From the NCBI GenBank assembly GCA_036172245.1, contig JAYWIR010000004.1, positions 6,696,001-6,757,037 on the forward strand: a DNA stretch of 61,037 nt, written 5' to 3'. Positions 1 to 14,298 of this stretch are shown here, piece after piece (positions within the stretch are counted from its first letter, which is position 1; each line of letters opens with the position of its first letter). The notes under the pieces are model-generated. The model made no database searches, was not told the DNA's origin, and saw only the letters and a program-made list of their open reading frames with translations. The stretch is from Raillietiella orientalis. Taxonomy: Eukaryota. A program made the translations under genes and the position numbers.

Positions 1-3000
1 AAGGACCACGAGTTCTTCGGGTGACATACCGAGCAGGTCACTCTACCAAAGGACTCCTTTCGCCCGGGAACGAGGAGCGGCGACGTTCACCAACTAGCTC
101 GCCTTGTAGCCCTCAAGGAGTTTCTCGACTCCTGCAGAGTGGCAGGAGAACTCCCACCTAGCGAGTTGGCTGCTGTCACTGTTTTTCCTGATGGCAGACA
201 GTGCTGTAGCCAGGTCTACGACAGCTATTCGGGACCACTGCGTCTATTGCTTCAGGAGATCTTCCAGCGGTTTGCAAAGGAGCTTCCGCAGAGGAAGAAG
301 TTATTCTGGGCGCACTTCCGGAGTGGCAACCCAGAACTCTAGTGCCTTCTGCCATCAAGCAGTCCAGTCTTTTGGCCGGCGGGAGATCCAGGAATGGGCT
401 TCCAGCATTGAGAACCAGGACAGTCGCATCAGGGATCAGCCGGATCCAGTCATCGTATGCTGGCTGCGCGGCAGCAACGAAACAAGTCCCTCGATTTCAG
501 AGCATCGCCGAAGGATGAGCACAACACGGAAAGGTCCACAATCTCGCACAAAGTCTCAATAGTCCGAGCTGCACTTGCAGTTCGACTTTGTGAATGGTCA
601 AGATGCCCAAGACGGAATCCTGGCTTGACGCCACCACGACGCCACTAAGTCTTTCAGGCGGATCTGGGACCTTGCAGAGTCCCAGAGGGCTTTCCTAAGG
701 AGGTACCGCTCTTGAATCTTCACTAAATAAGATGACGGGCAAGCAAAAGACAAAATGAGCAGGAGGGGGGCAACAGAAGTATTTCAGATGGAGGCCCGTT
801 CTGGCATGATGAGCCCGCCATCTCCTGACATTCTGAAGACAGGCTGACCACGCTTCCACAGTGCAGAATTCTCCCGGCGGAACGCCAAGGTACTTGAAGT
901 ACCAATTCGTAGAGTTCCTCAGGTGGATCCAATCGGCCTGCCCCTTTCACGACGCACTCACTGGGACGACCATGCGCTTCGTCCTGTTGATGCCCATGCC
1001 CTCTTCCTGAAGGCACGTTTTCGCAGAGGCTGTTCCCTTAAGGTATGTTTCCTGGGGTGCATCCAAGGGGAGGACCCTTTGCTTCCTGCGGAAGATTCCT
1101 CTCAGCTAAGCCCCTTGAGATCGTTCTAACACCATGGGGTGAATAGACCATCGACTCGTTTGCTATAATCACCTTTTGAAGTTGCCAATTCGTGCTAAAC
1201 AGTGACGAGTTTGGAGGCAGAGACGAAATATTCACGCCCCCTTTGAGAGAGGAATTCAAATACTCTAATGAGAGGATGGCAAAAAAGTCATGTCTGTTCC
1301 TGTGGCTGTACAAGAGAATCGAAGAATCCTCGAAGGATCCTCCACAGGTTGCACGCTGCTTTGCCAGCTCGCCGTTTTTCGATTTAGCCCTGGAAGAGCC
1401 GATGCTGCTAGAGAGATGGCAGCATCTGTTTTCTCCTGGAGCCATTGATGTGCGTCGCTTACCATATCAGCGGTCGTGCAAGATCCATTTTCCAAGCGAT
1501 CCCCGAGAAGGGGTCGGATTGTACCATCCTGCGGCAGCTCACAGCTGCCTCCAGTGCAGAACCTTTGGCAAGCACAGAGAACGGCGGCGCGGGAACCTCC
1601 AGGCTTCCATGTCGAAGATGAATTGTCACAGCACCAGTCTTATCCGTAAGGATCGAATCGCAACGGTGGGCTCCTTGTTTTAAAAGGTGGGAAGGATTGT
1701 CAAGAGAAAGAGAAGGAAAAAACTCCTCTGCGTTAGTGAGTACAGAACAACTGTGGAGTCTGTTGGGAGAACAGGGTTACCGTTGAACAGGGAGACGGGA
1801 GGCAGCCGACCACCCACAAGGAGAGGGCAGAGCCCCCAAGAGCGGAAGACGAAAGAACTATGTCTCGGTGCACCACCTTGAAACTACCCAAATCGCTGAC
1901 AGATCACTCCCTTGCCCCCTTCTTCCAAATACACGACTGAAAGACATATCGGGAGCTTTCTTGTTTGGGAAGACGGTATGCGCTGGATGGGATGCATATG
2001 ATGCTGGAATAGGCTGAGTTCTTGAGTTCTCTTGAGATCCCTCACGCGCTCCCGTTCGTCCCTCACCCTTTCGAGGGTGTCCGTAGTAGCAGCATCCTAT
2101 TGCTGGCATCTAGCTCTTCATGAATCATGCCGCTTCCTCCTCTGGGAAGAAGGTAATTCCTCACTTGGGGGTAGCTACGGACGCACGCGCTTTCCCTCCC
2201 AGCATTCATCGTCGCTCCGTCGAGAAGTCTTTGAGAAGCTTCCCTCGGACCGTTGCTTTGTCAGTAGAAATTCTGCATTGGTCATGTGATGATCGATCGC
2301 GGCGACCACCGGAAGCATGCGCAGCGATCGAACCTCGTGACCATCGATGCAGAGCGCAGAAAACAGTCCGAAGTTCGAGTGGCTGAAACTGGAGGTTATA
2401 TTGCCGACGATGGAAGGTTTGGGGTACTGGAGCTGGAAGTTCTGTGAACCGCTACCAAAAGGGACCTAGTGCGACCGAAGTCGTGCAGCGAACAAAGCAG
2501 AACCGGGAGCGAACGGTGAGACACAGTGTGTGGTGACAGAGTTCCCAGTAGGCCAATGGTGTGGAATTTTGAGGTGATCAGGGCAAGCTGTCCGTACCGA
2601 GGGTGGAGATAATGCAGGAACGAAGGGTACAAGATTCTGAGATGGGGTGGAACGTAGGCGCAAGGAAAGTCAGGTTTCGAGGCAGCAGAACCTGACACTG
2701 AATCTACAGTGCAAAGAGCCGAAAGCCATAGATGCCTTAAGAACAGGAATATGTGATGTCTGTTACCAAAGCATCTTCATGTGCATATCCCTATTCCTTT
2801 TCCTCTGTCCATGAAATACTGGCATCAGAGCCTCTTTTCAATAATCTTTAAGTCTAGTGGGCAACACTTTCCGCCCTCGAGAGCTTTGGCAACGACCCGA
2901 TCCTGTTCAAGGAGAGTTTGAGGCGAGGCGTCGCTCTGCACTTGTGAGAGACAGCCACAGCTGATAGATAGAGGTCATCCTGAGAAGAGGCTTCACCGAA

Positions 3001-3300
3001 ATCCTCATTCTGCCTCCTAATCCGGCAAGGAGCACACGGGGAAATACTTCATCAGCCGATGTTTGGTCTAAGCTATGGTCTGAACGCTCCCAATGAGGTT
3101 CCATCGCCAAAATCATGTAATCAAGCGACTGTGGTACTACTGCTGAACACTTCTTAACGACAGTCGGTAGACATCGCCTTTCTCCAGCTCTCTCGTCGAG
3201 ATTCTTCGTGTCGATCGCCCCACCTTGGATTCGAATCCATCCTCTCATGTCGATCGAATCAGTAGTACCAGAAGCAGCTATGCCATGCTCAAGGAGGATG
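1..3300 (-). mobile_element. Highly degenerate DIRS-like retrotransposon remnant (ORF1/gag-like, RT, RNase H), probably continuing off the left edge
   Basis: Frameshifted minus-strand peptides in DIRS pol order: LFSTNWQ (~1190), MVVP..ERGRPI (~940), ILSFACPSSYLVK (~740; LPFGL-like), KVEL..TIETLCEIVD (~560; KSxLxPxQxIExLG-like), DLATALSAIRKN (~200; DNxTAVxxINK-like). All matches are weak and boundaries approximate. Confidence 0.4.
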
Positions 3301-5365
3301 CAGAATGTTATGAGAAAACAGAAGACTCTTGGACCAAGGATTATCGAAAGAATATTTCCTTCGGTTATCCTCGACCCAAGAGTCTAAAGGATGTGTAGTT
3401 GGTAGGTGTTCTCAGTTTGTTGAGAACTCGAACAGTTTCCGTGGAGCGAATGACAACTGATTCAAGGGAGAATGGTGATTCAATGCGCTCAACTTTTTAA
3501 TTGTTGCGAATCCTCCATCTTCGACTTTATGATTCCTTGCGTTTCGTCACTCCATGCTGGTGATGTTCCTGATGGTCGTAGTGAAGCACTTGGACATCGC
3601 ACTGTACACGAGGAATCATGTAGCATCATCAGATGGCACTCACATATCTCTTTGAAGCAGTCAGAAAGGTCTCCAGTTCCTTCTGTTAGAGCCCATCCTA
3701 ACTTGTGCTGATGGCGGCCGGACGAGGAAATCACACAGGGTGAGTTCTCGGAATGGACAGAATTGACAGCTCATACGAAACTCAAAACTTTAAAAACGGT
3801 CCTATTGAAAAGGAGTCACGGGTGTGGCATCAGAATTTTTGCAGCGAGCAGAGGGCCGAGGATTTCACGACCATGAAACCATCTGTCCCTCCGATATACG
3901 AAGATCTGAAACCACCAGCGAAACGGTCGAGAGTAGCTGCACGCTAGACAAGGCAGAACTGTCGCTCCTCAGAGCCGAGAAGCTTTGGTGTGCAAGCTTC
4001 TCAAGAAAGCCGTCCCTTTTGAGTTGTAACAAAAGCTGTGTTTATTTGAAAGAAAGAAGCGAATCGGCACACGGTTGCGACCTTATTTCGTGATAATCAT
4101 ACTATATCAAAGATCCTGATGAAGTATGGTTTCACCCCATGTGAACACCCATGTGTGTGGAATTTGTCCAAGTTTGCAATCTGAATGTAGAAAGTGATTT
4201 GCTGTATTTTAGATCGCACGTCTTTGTCGCTTATGGATGATTGGACAATCTCATTCATGTTTCAAGGGATAGTCGGAGTGTTCTAAGCGAATTAAGTGAT
4301 TTTTCTCCCAGATGCTCTGGTTCGTTATGAAAATCGGCCTCGATGATGAGAATACTGGATCTTAAGCTTAAAATGGAATTCATTCTTCATTTAATACGAT
4401 GCATTTTCAAGTAATCTGATTTAAGATAGCATTCTCGCACTATTGGATGGACGGATAGGGAAAGATTCATCAGCTGTCTAGTTCCAGGATTTGGTGGGTG
4501 GTATTCATTTGATGATAGTGCCAATAATTACAACTGAGACCTTTATTGAGGTCTGATCTGAACTCTTAGCCACCCGTCTGAATACGGACTCCGACTTATT
4601 TGTCGAATTTGACGTACCGTATTAGCACCCTTGAATCATTCCACAAGTTTGGAACATTTGACCTGCTACGAATTTAGTTGCATTTTGATTCTGAAGGAGG
4701 CTAGTATCAAAACTCATCCGAGAACATCGCTGTGTGAGTGATCTTTTATGTTTATTGTAACAATAAAAATGTTTGGTGATTTCTGAATAAGGATAATACC
4801 TTTCCTATGCTTTGAATGCGAGTGTCATCAGCTGTTGAAATTCGGGTTCCTTTCCACTTTGATATCGTGTTAGGAAAGATAAGTATCATGTTGGGATGAT
4901 TCATATCGTCTTTAAAACTTATCAGACTTTGCTTCCTTGGGCACCTGACCTGCAAGATTTCTTCTACTGCTTTTGTTTTTCAAGACTGGAGTTTCGAGTT
5001 ATTGGTCTCCACAGTAAACAGACAAATATAATAAACAATCAAACGGATCTGATTATCAGCCGGATGACCGTATCTATTGAAACATCATCTCAGGGATTTC
5101 ATTATTTCGAAGATGCTTCAGAAAAGGAAGGAAAAACACAAACAAAAACTGCGCCCTTAGCTAGGGAAAAGTATCAGATACAGTCAGAGAATCCATGCTC
5201 AAGAGCAATTGTATGAATGGATTTGAATTCTCTTATGTTAAGTGTCTTCAAATCCCTTTTTTTCCTCCTTAATATCTTAACTGTCCATTTCTTTATGTAT
5301 GGAACACCTATACCATACGATTCCCACCTTCATTATGCAACAATAGCAGGGCAGCCTTCTTAACC

Positions 5366-5623
5366 CAGCGTTTCCCAAACATCTATGCTCCGCGGAACAG
5401 TGACGTTAAGCGGAAAGTCAGTAAGTGTTCCGTCAAAATTATGAAAATTTAACGTAATTAAAATTCGAGAATAAATGTTTGTTTTGTTTTCTTACCTCTT
5501 CTATTTACTTGCTTAATTTATTTATTATGAATATCTTCCTACCTTATAAAATAACCAAGGTGTTCCGTTAAAATTTCACGATTTGTGAAGTGTCCCGTCA
5601 TAGGAAAAGTGTGGGAAACGCTG
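5366..5623. mobile_element. hAT (Buster/Charlie-type) MITE, 258 bp
   Basis: TIRs CAGCGTTTCCCAAAC ... GTGTGGGAAACGCTG; AT-rich non-coding interior; flanks TCTTAACC and CTTTGACC resemble a decayed 8-bp target duplication with central TA (5/8 identical). Confidence 0.8.
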
Positions 5624-7875
5624 CTTTGACCAATCGTCTTTTACTACACTAAAATAACCAGTACAGCTTTCAAGTAACAAGGAGCACTCTTTTCTGGAAT
5701 CAACCATTCCAAGAGCGTTTTCAGGAGAAGCGAAATAATACTTTTTCCTAAATGTTTCCTTAGAATTTGTATGCTTCAGGGGGCATGGCTATTGGTACAA
5801 TTTGCAAAATCTTCGTGTCCCCATTTCCTTATTGTGTGTCAGTCTTAACGCCATTATCGTCTACATTATCTGATTTAACAGAAATCGGTTGTTGAAAAAG
5901 GAAGGATGAACAGATGCCACCTTTCGTGCATCTTCCATAGTGTGTGTCTAATTGTGCTGTAGTTGCCTCAATGTCGCTACCACTCCTAAATTCGAAGTCT
6001 TGGAAGAGATCTTGAAAGTTCCCTATTGCAATTTTATTTCTTCTTTTGTTAAAACAAGTGAAAAATCACCGAATATTTTATAAATAGCATGACACTCAGA
6101 CTTTGTAATATATAACATTGTGCCACTATTATCGGGGAAGATTTGCTTTGATTTCTCGAGTTATTTCCTCTGGATTACATTGTATTGGTTGAATTCAGCG
6201 CACAGCTGTCTATTAGCATTGTCTGATATCCCTCTACATTTTCTCACCTTCTTAGTCCAAAGTTCAAGTGTATACTTGACAGCATTCAACTGAATGATCA
6301 ACCGACGAAACAAGTGAGAATGCAAGAACCAGGAGTTCGGTATACAAGACCTTCTGGAAAGGCTTCTTAAAGAGTTATTGTAATGTCTTTGGCTTTAGAA
6401 TAAAACAAATGGAAGCCATACTCATTCTTTGCCGACATGCTTCCATTTCTTGCACTTGAATTCCATTTCGGGTTCTCAAAACTCTGGTAACTCATCTTGT
6501 TCTCTACAGACATTTCCAAAAAATGAAAAGTTTTGATTCCAAACCTGGAACATCTCCCAAGTATTCTAGTTGGAATGATCGTGAAATGTGCTGTTTTTCT
6601 CACTCCTTTTCCAAGTCTTACTACAGAATTCACAGGTTGTGTCGAAGGTTGGTGACTTGCAGAGCAACACAGGATTCGTCGAATGATGGAAAAAAATTCA
6701 TCTTTATGCCTATTTTACAAATCGTAATGCTACCTTCAGATCTCTAAGACACACGTCATGAGAATCCAGCTAATAAGTTGGAACACATTCTGCTTAATCG
6801 CAAGGAGATTTGTAAGAACGATCTGTATCTGTTAGCGAAGTTCGCTTTCTGAGCCAGCAGAACTAGAAGCGCTCAGATTAGCAAGCAGTCACTGTAGACT
6901 TTGGTAAATACTTTCAAATGACCACCCCGGCACAGTCGGACAGAGTACATCTGACTAGAAGAAGCATTCGGGATTGTGAATATGGAAGAGAAAAAAGACA
7001 CATAAGTCTCAAATTGAATTTTCATGAACCGTGTCACTTGTATCCTCTTGAGAGGAGGAGGATCACTGAAATTTGGAAGTGGAAAATCTGCAACTGCTAC
7101 GAAAAATCAGATTAAAGCATTATTGTGATATCACCAATGTCCGAAACAGAACTACCCCAGTCACTCACCAGATTCGATCCTCAAAACTGAATAGTATGAA
7201 CAAACCACAAAGGGTAGGTTGTTTGCGTTGCAAACCAGGTCACGGTTCTCTTCGGAATGGTAGGAAATCGAATTTAAAGGAAACTGCAGTCTTGGCACAG
7301 TTGCAACCTGTGCTGTGCATATTTCGAATACCTAATCAGAAACCATGGTGATAATTGTGAAGGATCCTTCAGGATTTTCAGAAAAAACTTGAATGTATGC
7401 ATGTGCTACACCGGAGCATTCTAAATATGTTGTCATTCCGAGGTGACCTTCGCACAATTTAGAATTTTGCGACACATATGAACCTCAAGATCCATCGAAT
7501 TCGTTCGTGATCTGTCATGAAATGCATCGATTTCTCTTTGCGTCAAATTCTTGATTAGAGGGAAAAGCACGAGAACAGAAAGAAGTGAAGCTTTCGCTGA
7601 TGAAACTCAAAAAAGGAAGCGTCCTCAGACCTGATTAATGATAAATTCAGAATGAAATTGATCATCTGAGATGATCCACACAATCGACAAAATATTTTCT
7701 AAAGGAGATTTCATGGAGTTCGTCTTTTGTAAAGGCAGACGATTTAAATTATTTGCATGCCAGAATTCACTGATTCTTTTTACTCGTGATCACAATTTCA
7801 CAGAATAGCAAAAATACACGGCACTTCCGGTAATCTTCTAAACTGTTTAAATTCTCTCGAAAGGGGGATGATTGA

Positions 7876-8845
7876 TCATCTGGTAACATTGCCTGTGGAG
7901 GGGAAGAGAGGGGAAAAATTTCGCCATTTTTTTTTTTTTTATATTTGTCAAATTCTGATTGGAATTTTCACAGAATAAGTACATCAGTAATAATCTAGGA
8001 ATTTGTAGAATATCCTTTTGAAATGGATACATGTTCGATTAAGAAGAAATGTGTTATGAAAGAGAATTTATACAAGCTAGCCAGAAAACTGTATTCATTT
8101 GAAAAATATGCACTACAATGTAAGTATATCGACTTGTGATCAATGCTCAAACATGTATATTCAATGCCTGGGCGTGCATTTTATTATGATCCAGCTAATT
8201 TGTAATTTTGTTGTACCATATTACTACCTTGGACAGGGTCCATGCAAAAAGCTCTCTAAAACTGAAACTTATGGGAACTTTGCAGATACCGATCTTTTTC
8301 GGGTAGTAGAAAACCATTCCGCATTTTGGTCTGGAGCACAGCGTGCTTATTTCAACGACAAGAATCCCAAAATCTATAATGATCTTCTAAGTTTAATAGC
8401 AGACAGGAATTTAGAAACAGAAATAACAACGAATGCTGGCAAAATGAATATCTGCGTATCATCAAATGCACGGAAAGATACAGTAAGTACCAAAAACTGA
8501 ACATCAATGAAAAAGTTGTTTCCATTATTTTACTTTTATGCAGAAGTAAAATGAATGGAAAAAGGAAAAAAAAATTTGAATGTCTAATATGAAAGAACCC
8601 TTGCGATTTATGTTGTAAGAGGTTTTTTCAACCAAGGTTTTAGCTTCATAATTGGGGAACTACTCACCCTTCGTCTCTTAAGAATATTTACTAATTAGAG
8701 CTGTCCAATTTACAAAAGCTGTTTCTTATAAATGTATAATATTTATTTCATTTCATTTCATATTTTTCCCAAATCCCAATCAGAATTTGACAAATATTTA
8801 AAAAACATAGCGAAATTCTTTTCCACAGACAATGTTATCAGATGA
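7876..8845. repeat. Imperfect inverted repeat, arms 7876-7967 and 8771-8845
   Basis: TCATCTGGTAACATTGCCTGTGGA...ATATTTGTCAAATTCTGATTGGAATTT is the approximate reverse complement of AAATCCCAATCAGAATTTGACAAATAT...TCCACAGACAATGTTATCAGATGA. Confidence 0.8.
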
Positions 8846-11775
8846 AATAAATATAATGTAATATTTATTTCATTTTATTTTCTGTTTATAACTCTCTCTG
8901 GACAGCAGGAAACAGTTCCCATGAATAAATACAATAATCTTCAATGAATAGAGAATTCATCCGAACAGCAGCACGAAAAGTTTTCCTTTAATTTATGGGC
9001 TTCTTTTTTGTTTTTTCATATGTCTTATTTTTGTATTACTGGTAAAAAAAAAAAAAATCCGTAGTGCTCATAAACGAAAACAGTGGCTAACTTGTTTTTA
9101 TCTTCTGACGACTAGAAAAAAATGGATTAGAAAATACCAGTAGCCTCAAATATTTTGCATGTTTTGTGGCATTCACCTTTAAAGAATGATAATCCTTTTT
9201 TTATCTGTGAAACCCGTCATACTCAATATAATAATTTTGAGTGACAAAGGAAACTTTTACAACTAGAGATAGAAAATATGATGAATGGAGTCAGTTGAGA
9301 GGAATGAGCTTTAGCTATGGAGGCACTTACCAGATGAGGCGATGATGAAATGAAATTATGGTTTCATTTAATGAATACTTTTATCCTTATATGATAAACG
9401 TAGGTTTCCATTTTGACTCTAAGCGCATGCATGGCGTACGCAAAACCTTCCATTTCTATCCTCGATTCTAAGAACTGGCCCTGTCGAAACAGTTACACTC
9501 TGAGAAGAAAATAGTCTTTAAAAACACATGGGTAATAAAAAATATATAGTACTGTATTAAAAATTGGAAAATGCGAACTTAAAAACAGCACATAGGAATG
9601 TTTTCACAGATTTGTCTTAATAAAGTTTCAATCCAGTTTCAACTGAATCACAATTTTCAAGGCTTTTATTGCTTTTGCGTTGTATTGGATGACTACTTCG
9701 TAATGTTTTCAATGCTCATTCTTATTTTTCTGCTAATGTAAAGCAGCACAAAATATATGACAGTTTTCACTGCCGTTTCATGATCGACGACATGATCTGT
9801 TATGACACTACAGTGAGCAAAGCACCATTGCTCCATTTATATAAAGTGTGACTGTAATTGTGTTTGTGCACAGCTTGAAAACAGTTGTGACTCTTTCCAA
9901 GGCATCGGGTGCGGTTGCTTTGCATATCCTCTGCCAACATCTTTTTTCCTAAAATTACTGAAAATATAGCGATATTTAACGCTTTTTTTCCTCCTCTTCC
10001 CAATAGTTACGTCTCATCATTTTCCTTGATCATGGACTACCTTCAGGTTTTGTTCATTAAAAACAAAAATTCATTATCTTCAGGCTCCACGTGAATACCA
10101 TTGGTTTATCTTCCTTCCAGGATAAGACAAAGAAAGTTAATATTTGTATGGCACACCTTCAATATCGGAGTGCTCGATGCTGGAAAGGATGCTACATATT
10201 TGTTATACACTCGTCGAAATATGATCAGGAATGGACAATAATGAGAACACTCAACTTTCGAGGTCACAGTTCATTTGAAACCAATCTCCTTCAATCTTCC
10301 AGCACTGCTGAAGATGCTGTCTATATTGCAAGCATCGAAGGAGAGAAACCGCTAAAGCACGATGGTTGTGATTTGGATATAAGGGTACTCAGAAGATACA
10401 TGAAATGGAATACCTCAGGACAGTGATCTTTTCATTGCTTTCGAAGCTTCACAGGCACTTATTAAAGGATCTACATGACGGCAATAATTGATATCTGTGG
10501 ACCATCAAGGAGAATATCTATCTGTGGAAGATATCAAAGAATGTATTTGTGGACTTTCTTTGCGCCAAAACTAGTGGTAATTTTCCAATAAAATGGAAAC
10601 CTAGATCCAGCATCTCGGGAATGTTTCGTTTACTTTTTTGTTACTTCGGAAGAGTGAATTATAAATGAGTCATTTAGCAGAATTCCAAGACTCAATTCTG
10701 CGAGACAAAATCATTCAGCATGAAAGCACATTTTTTGCATTTTTCTTCTTCATGAAGTGACAAAAAGTTTACGGCTGCCCCTAAGCATTTGTTCAAGTGC
10801 TATTTAATTCCTTCTGTTCCTAGACTCACAATCAACAAAAATCACGGGTTGCCTAAATGGTAAATACTTGCTTCAAAATTCTGCAAACATTGTCTTAATG
10901 AGAAAGAATCAATCTTCGTCCTTCACAAGTAGTTCACGGTAGTTTTCATTAATATTCGGATTCCTTAACATGAATTCCAACAACTGCAACATCCAGTTGT
11001 TGAATAATAATACAACTCCCACAACCTGGAGCAACATCAGAATCAAAATAAAATTGCGAAATCAGAAATAAACCACTTATCAGAATCTCTAAAACGATTC
11101 GGGGCTAAAACAGTCAGCTCCAAAGGAATGTCATGGAGTCTTTGCATATCTTGAAAGTTCAGTTTCCCCGTTTCCTATGTTCTACAGTTTTTCATCTCTA
11201 CTTGCAAGCACGAGGAAATGAAGATGAAGCCTCATCTGTGACGATTTTGGATTCCGCGCCTACACCATTGTGAATTGCTTTATCGATTAGAAAGCCACTG
11301 CAATGGGATTCAAAGAAAATCTTATCCAAGACAGGCTCTAGCTTTCTGTGATTTTCAACAAAGATACAGAGATTCCTTTGTGATTTTTAGAATAATGCAA
11401 TTTCCACAGGGGCACAATTGCTGAAGAACTTGTAAACTTTATTAGGGTGATAGAAAAAACGAATGTGCACACTGTATCATTGCAACAACCACTTTTATGA
11501 ATACAGTTGAGAACACCGACACTTGGTAATACAGCCTATATAACGAAATATAGAGTGACAAATTTGCATATTGTCACTATACTTTTGTATACATTTCATT
11601 GTATATGTACTCCGATAATGCTATAAACACACTTTGCTGCATTCTAATAGACACGTGTGATCTAAGTTCTTGCGACTACGGAAAGTCAGATGTTGCCTCT
11701 TTTTCTCTTAGGTGTTTATTACCAAGTGCTGCTATTTTTCTGTGATTAATTTGTTTCTTTTCTCTTCTATATAGA

Positions 11776-11986
11776 ATGTTATGGAACGTGCATCTGGTTT
11801 TGGAAAAGCTAAACGATTCGTGCCAGCCGAAAACGATAACCCTGCTCCGAACACTTATTTCCCAAAAGATTTGAGGAACACCAAAAAAGGAACTGTGAAT
11901 TTTGTGAAATCTGCGAGAGCCACTGCAAGAAAGTCACACAAAGCATATGCGTGTTGCCATCCTGTCACGCCGGGGAAGGCATATGC
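11776..11986 (+). CDS. Exon encoding an HMMR/RHAMM-like N-terminal motif (ATG at 11781)
   Basis: Pyrimidine-rich acceptor ...TATAG|11776 and donor 11986|GTGAGT; peptide GFGKAKRF..NPAPNTYFPK..KKGTVNFVKSAR resembles the HMMR N-terminus (KRF..APSPGAYD..KGPVSFQKSQRF). No downstream coiled-coil exons identified. Confidence 0.55.
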
Positions 11987-14298
11987 GTGAGTACGTTTGT
12001 TTAGGACATTCATGTATGCGAATACAAATATCAAAGGATCCATAATTTATCTTATAAAGGCATGCGCATATCTTAAATTTGAATTTAAAAAACAAGACAT
12101 TTGTATTTCATTTAAACTATTTAATATATTTAGAGTACAATGACAATATTGCGATGCTTTTTAATAGCAAGTAATCACATTGTTTATTTATTATGCGGGA
12201 ACTTAATGAAAATCAGTAAGCTAGTCAGTGACTGACATGATACCAAAAATACGGTATAATAAGGAAAAATTTTGTTTTTTAATTTAACTTTGATATATTT
12301 AATTTATTATTAAATATGTGTACTTATGGTCATTCGTTTTTTTTCATGTTGAAAAAAGTGTAACATGCTCTGTAACAGAACAATTAACCTAAGAGATTTC
12401 ATGCCATCATATAATTTTTCTGGTGTCTTATAGCTCTCAAGAACAAAAAAATTATGGGCTAAAACTTATTAATCCACATGTCCACTTTCAATGAAAACTC
12501 AATAAGTTGATTAAATGGATTAATACACCAGCAATTTTCATTCATTCATCAATTTTTGTTTCTCAAATTAATTTCCTCTACAATGCATTACTTAGAGTTG
12601 GTAAAAGCCCTATATACTTTTCACAAATTATACATGCACACGAAAATATAGAGAATCAGCAAATGCGTGCACAATACAAAAGAAGGAAAGTGAAAGCTGC
12701 AATATAGCCATCAACTTTCCCAAACCCGTTCCTTACTTCAATGACTATTGCATTTTTATGTTTCTACACTGATTTCTACATTTGCAGACCTAGCAATCCT
12801 CCAACTGTCTTTGCAAGACTCCAATTAGTAAGGCGATCATCTGTCCTATTGCTTTAGAATACTGCTGACTCTAAAGACGACAATTATCTATTATGCGACA
12901 ATCTCCCACTTTGCTGCACTGCCAGAACATTTCAGTGGTTTAAAAAGATGCTTTTATCGTCTTTTCAACCATTCTCCTGATTCAAACAAAAAAACGAATC
13001 CACAAAAGCAGAAACAATATTAAGACAAACGAGCAAGCTTTGGGATAGCAAACAATATTAGAAAGTGGAATAACTTCTTCAAACAATTTTTCTGCAGAAC
13101 ATTCTGGAGCTTCACTTTTCTTGGAACTTCTTGGTTTCCAAAGAAAAAGTTTGCAATAATAAGTATTCAGACCAATTATTCACGATTTTTCAAATTGAAA
13201 TTTCATTGCCTAACAGATTTTACGTTGATAAAAGTTGGCAACCTCTTGGACAACATAGAGTTTTGTGATGTAGGAATTGTCACTACGTTAAAGGTGATCT
13301 CGAAACGTTGAAGTCCGTTTAATACAAACTGTACATAGTACACATAGGATATTCTTTAATAAATTGCACATAGGCCTTGAAATGATTATAAACGCGAGAC
13401 TCCCACTGGGTTGGCGATTTTCTAGGAAATGGCATTACTTTGGGAATGGAGATGTCGGTTACTGAAAAAGAGTTCCTTGCATAAGAGACAACTTTTGTTT
13501 GTCGGAAACTTAAAATAACCAGTCAATTTAAGAATTTGGTAAATTTGAAGGTATAAGAAAGCGCACGGTTGAATGTGTGGTGAAAACACTGAAATAAAGC
13601 TGTGACTTCCTTCCTCGGACTCCAAGATTGATTTTCTTCAGTTCAAACCCAAATGTTCCAGCGTTTACGTATTTTCAGACATCTTGTCTGTCGAATCAGT
13701 AACTCTGGGGAGAAAGAATATGTGGCACACTAGTAGTAACCTCTCAACAAAATAAAGTGTTTATTGTTCACTGTTTACTCTGTCATTATGCCATTTTTTT
13801 AGCAGGGGACAAAACATCAAAACATGGAATTTTAAGAACGGAAAAGAGGAAATCGTAATCATATGCAGCCCCATTCAAACCCAATGTGTCGTATGTGGGA
13901 AAACTACTACAAAGGATTATTGGGAAACTAAGCATCATGTCTTATGCCAACAATGTTTCCATACTTTTGCAAAGTGCAAGCCTGCTGATGAGGTTTTTGC
14001 TATTGGCGACTTCAAGGTATACTTACATCTGCTACATATATATGGGTTTACTACCGATTGCAGAAGGTGCGCCCTTGTCATAAGTACCACATCCACGAGG
14101 GAACACAAACGTACATCAATAAATTATTTGCTAAAGCATTTCAACGAAGACTACATAAAGAAGTTTACTTACATCAATATTTTAAAGATGACTGATGAAA
14201 ATTTATAATTAGTGTGAACAATCTCAAACTTTATTGTTTCATTTCTGTTGATCCTATATTTTCTGGATTAATACACCAGCAATTTTAAGAGTTCCATC

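Noticed and set aside
5700..11400. Possible decayed DNA transposase fragments (for example LNIAIF..GKKMLAEDMQS near 9.9 kb)
   Set aside because: Motifs too weak and inconsistent to assign a family or boundaries by eye.
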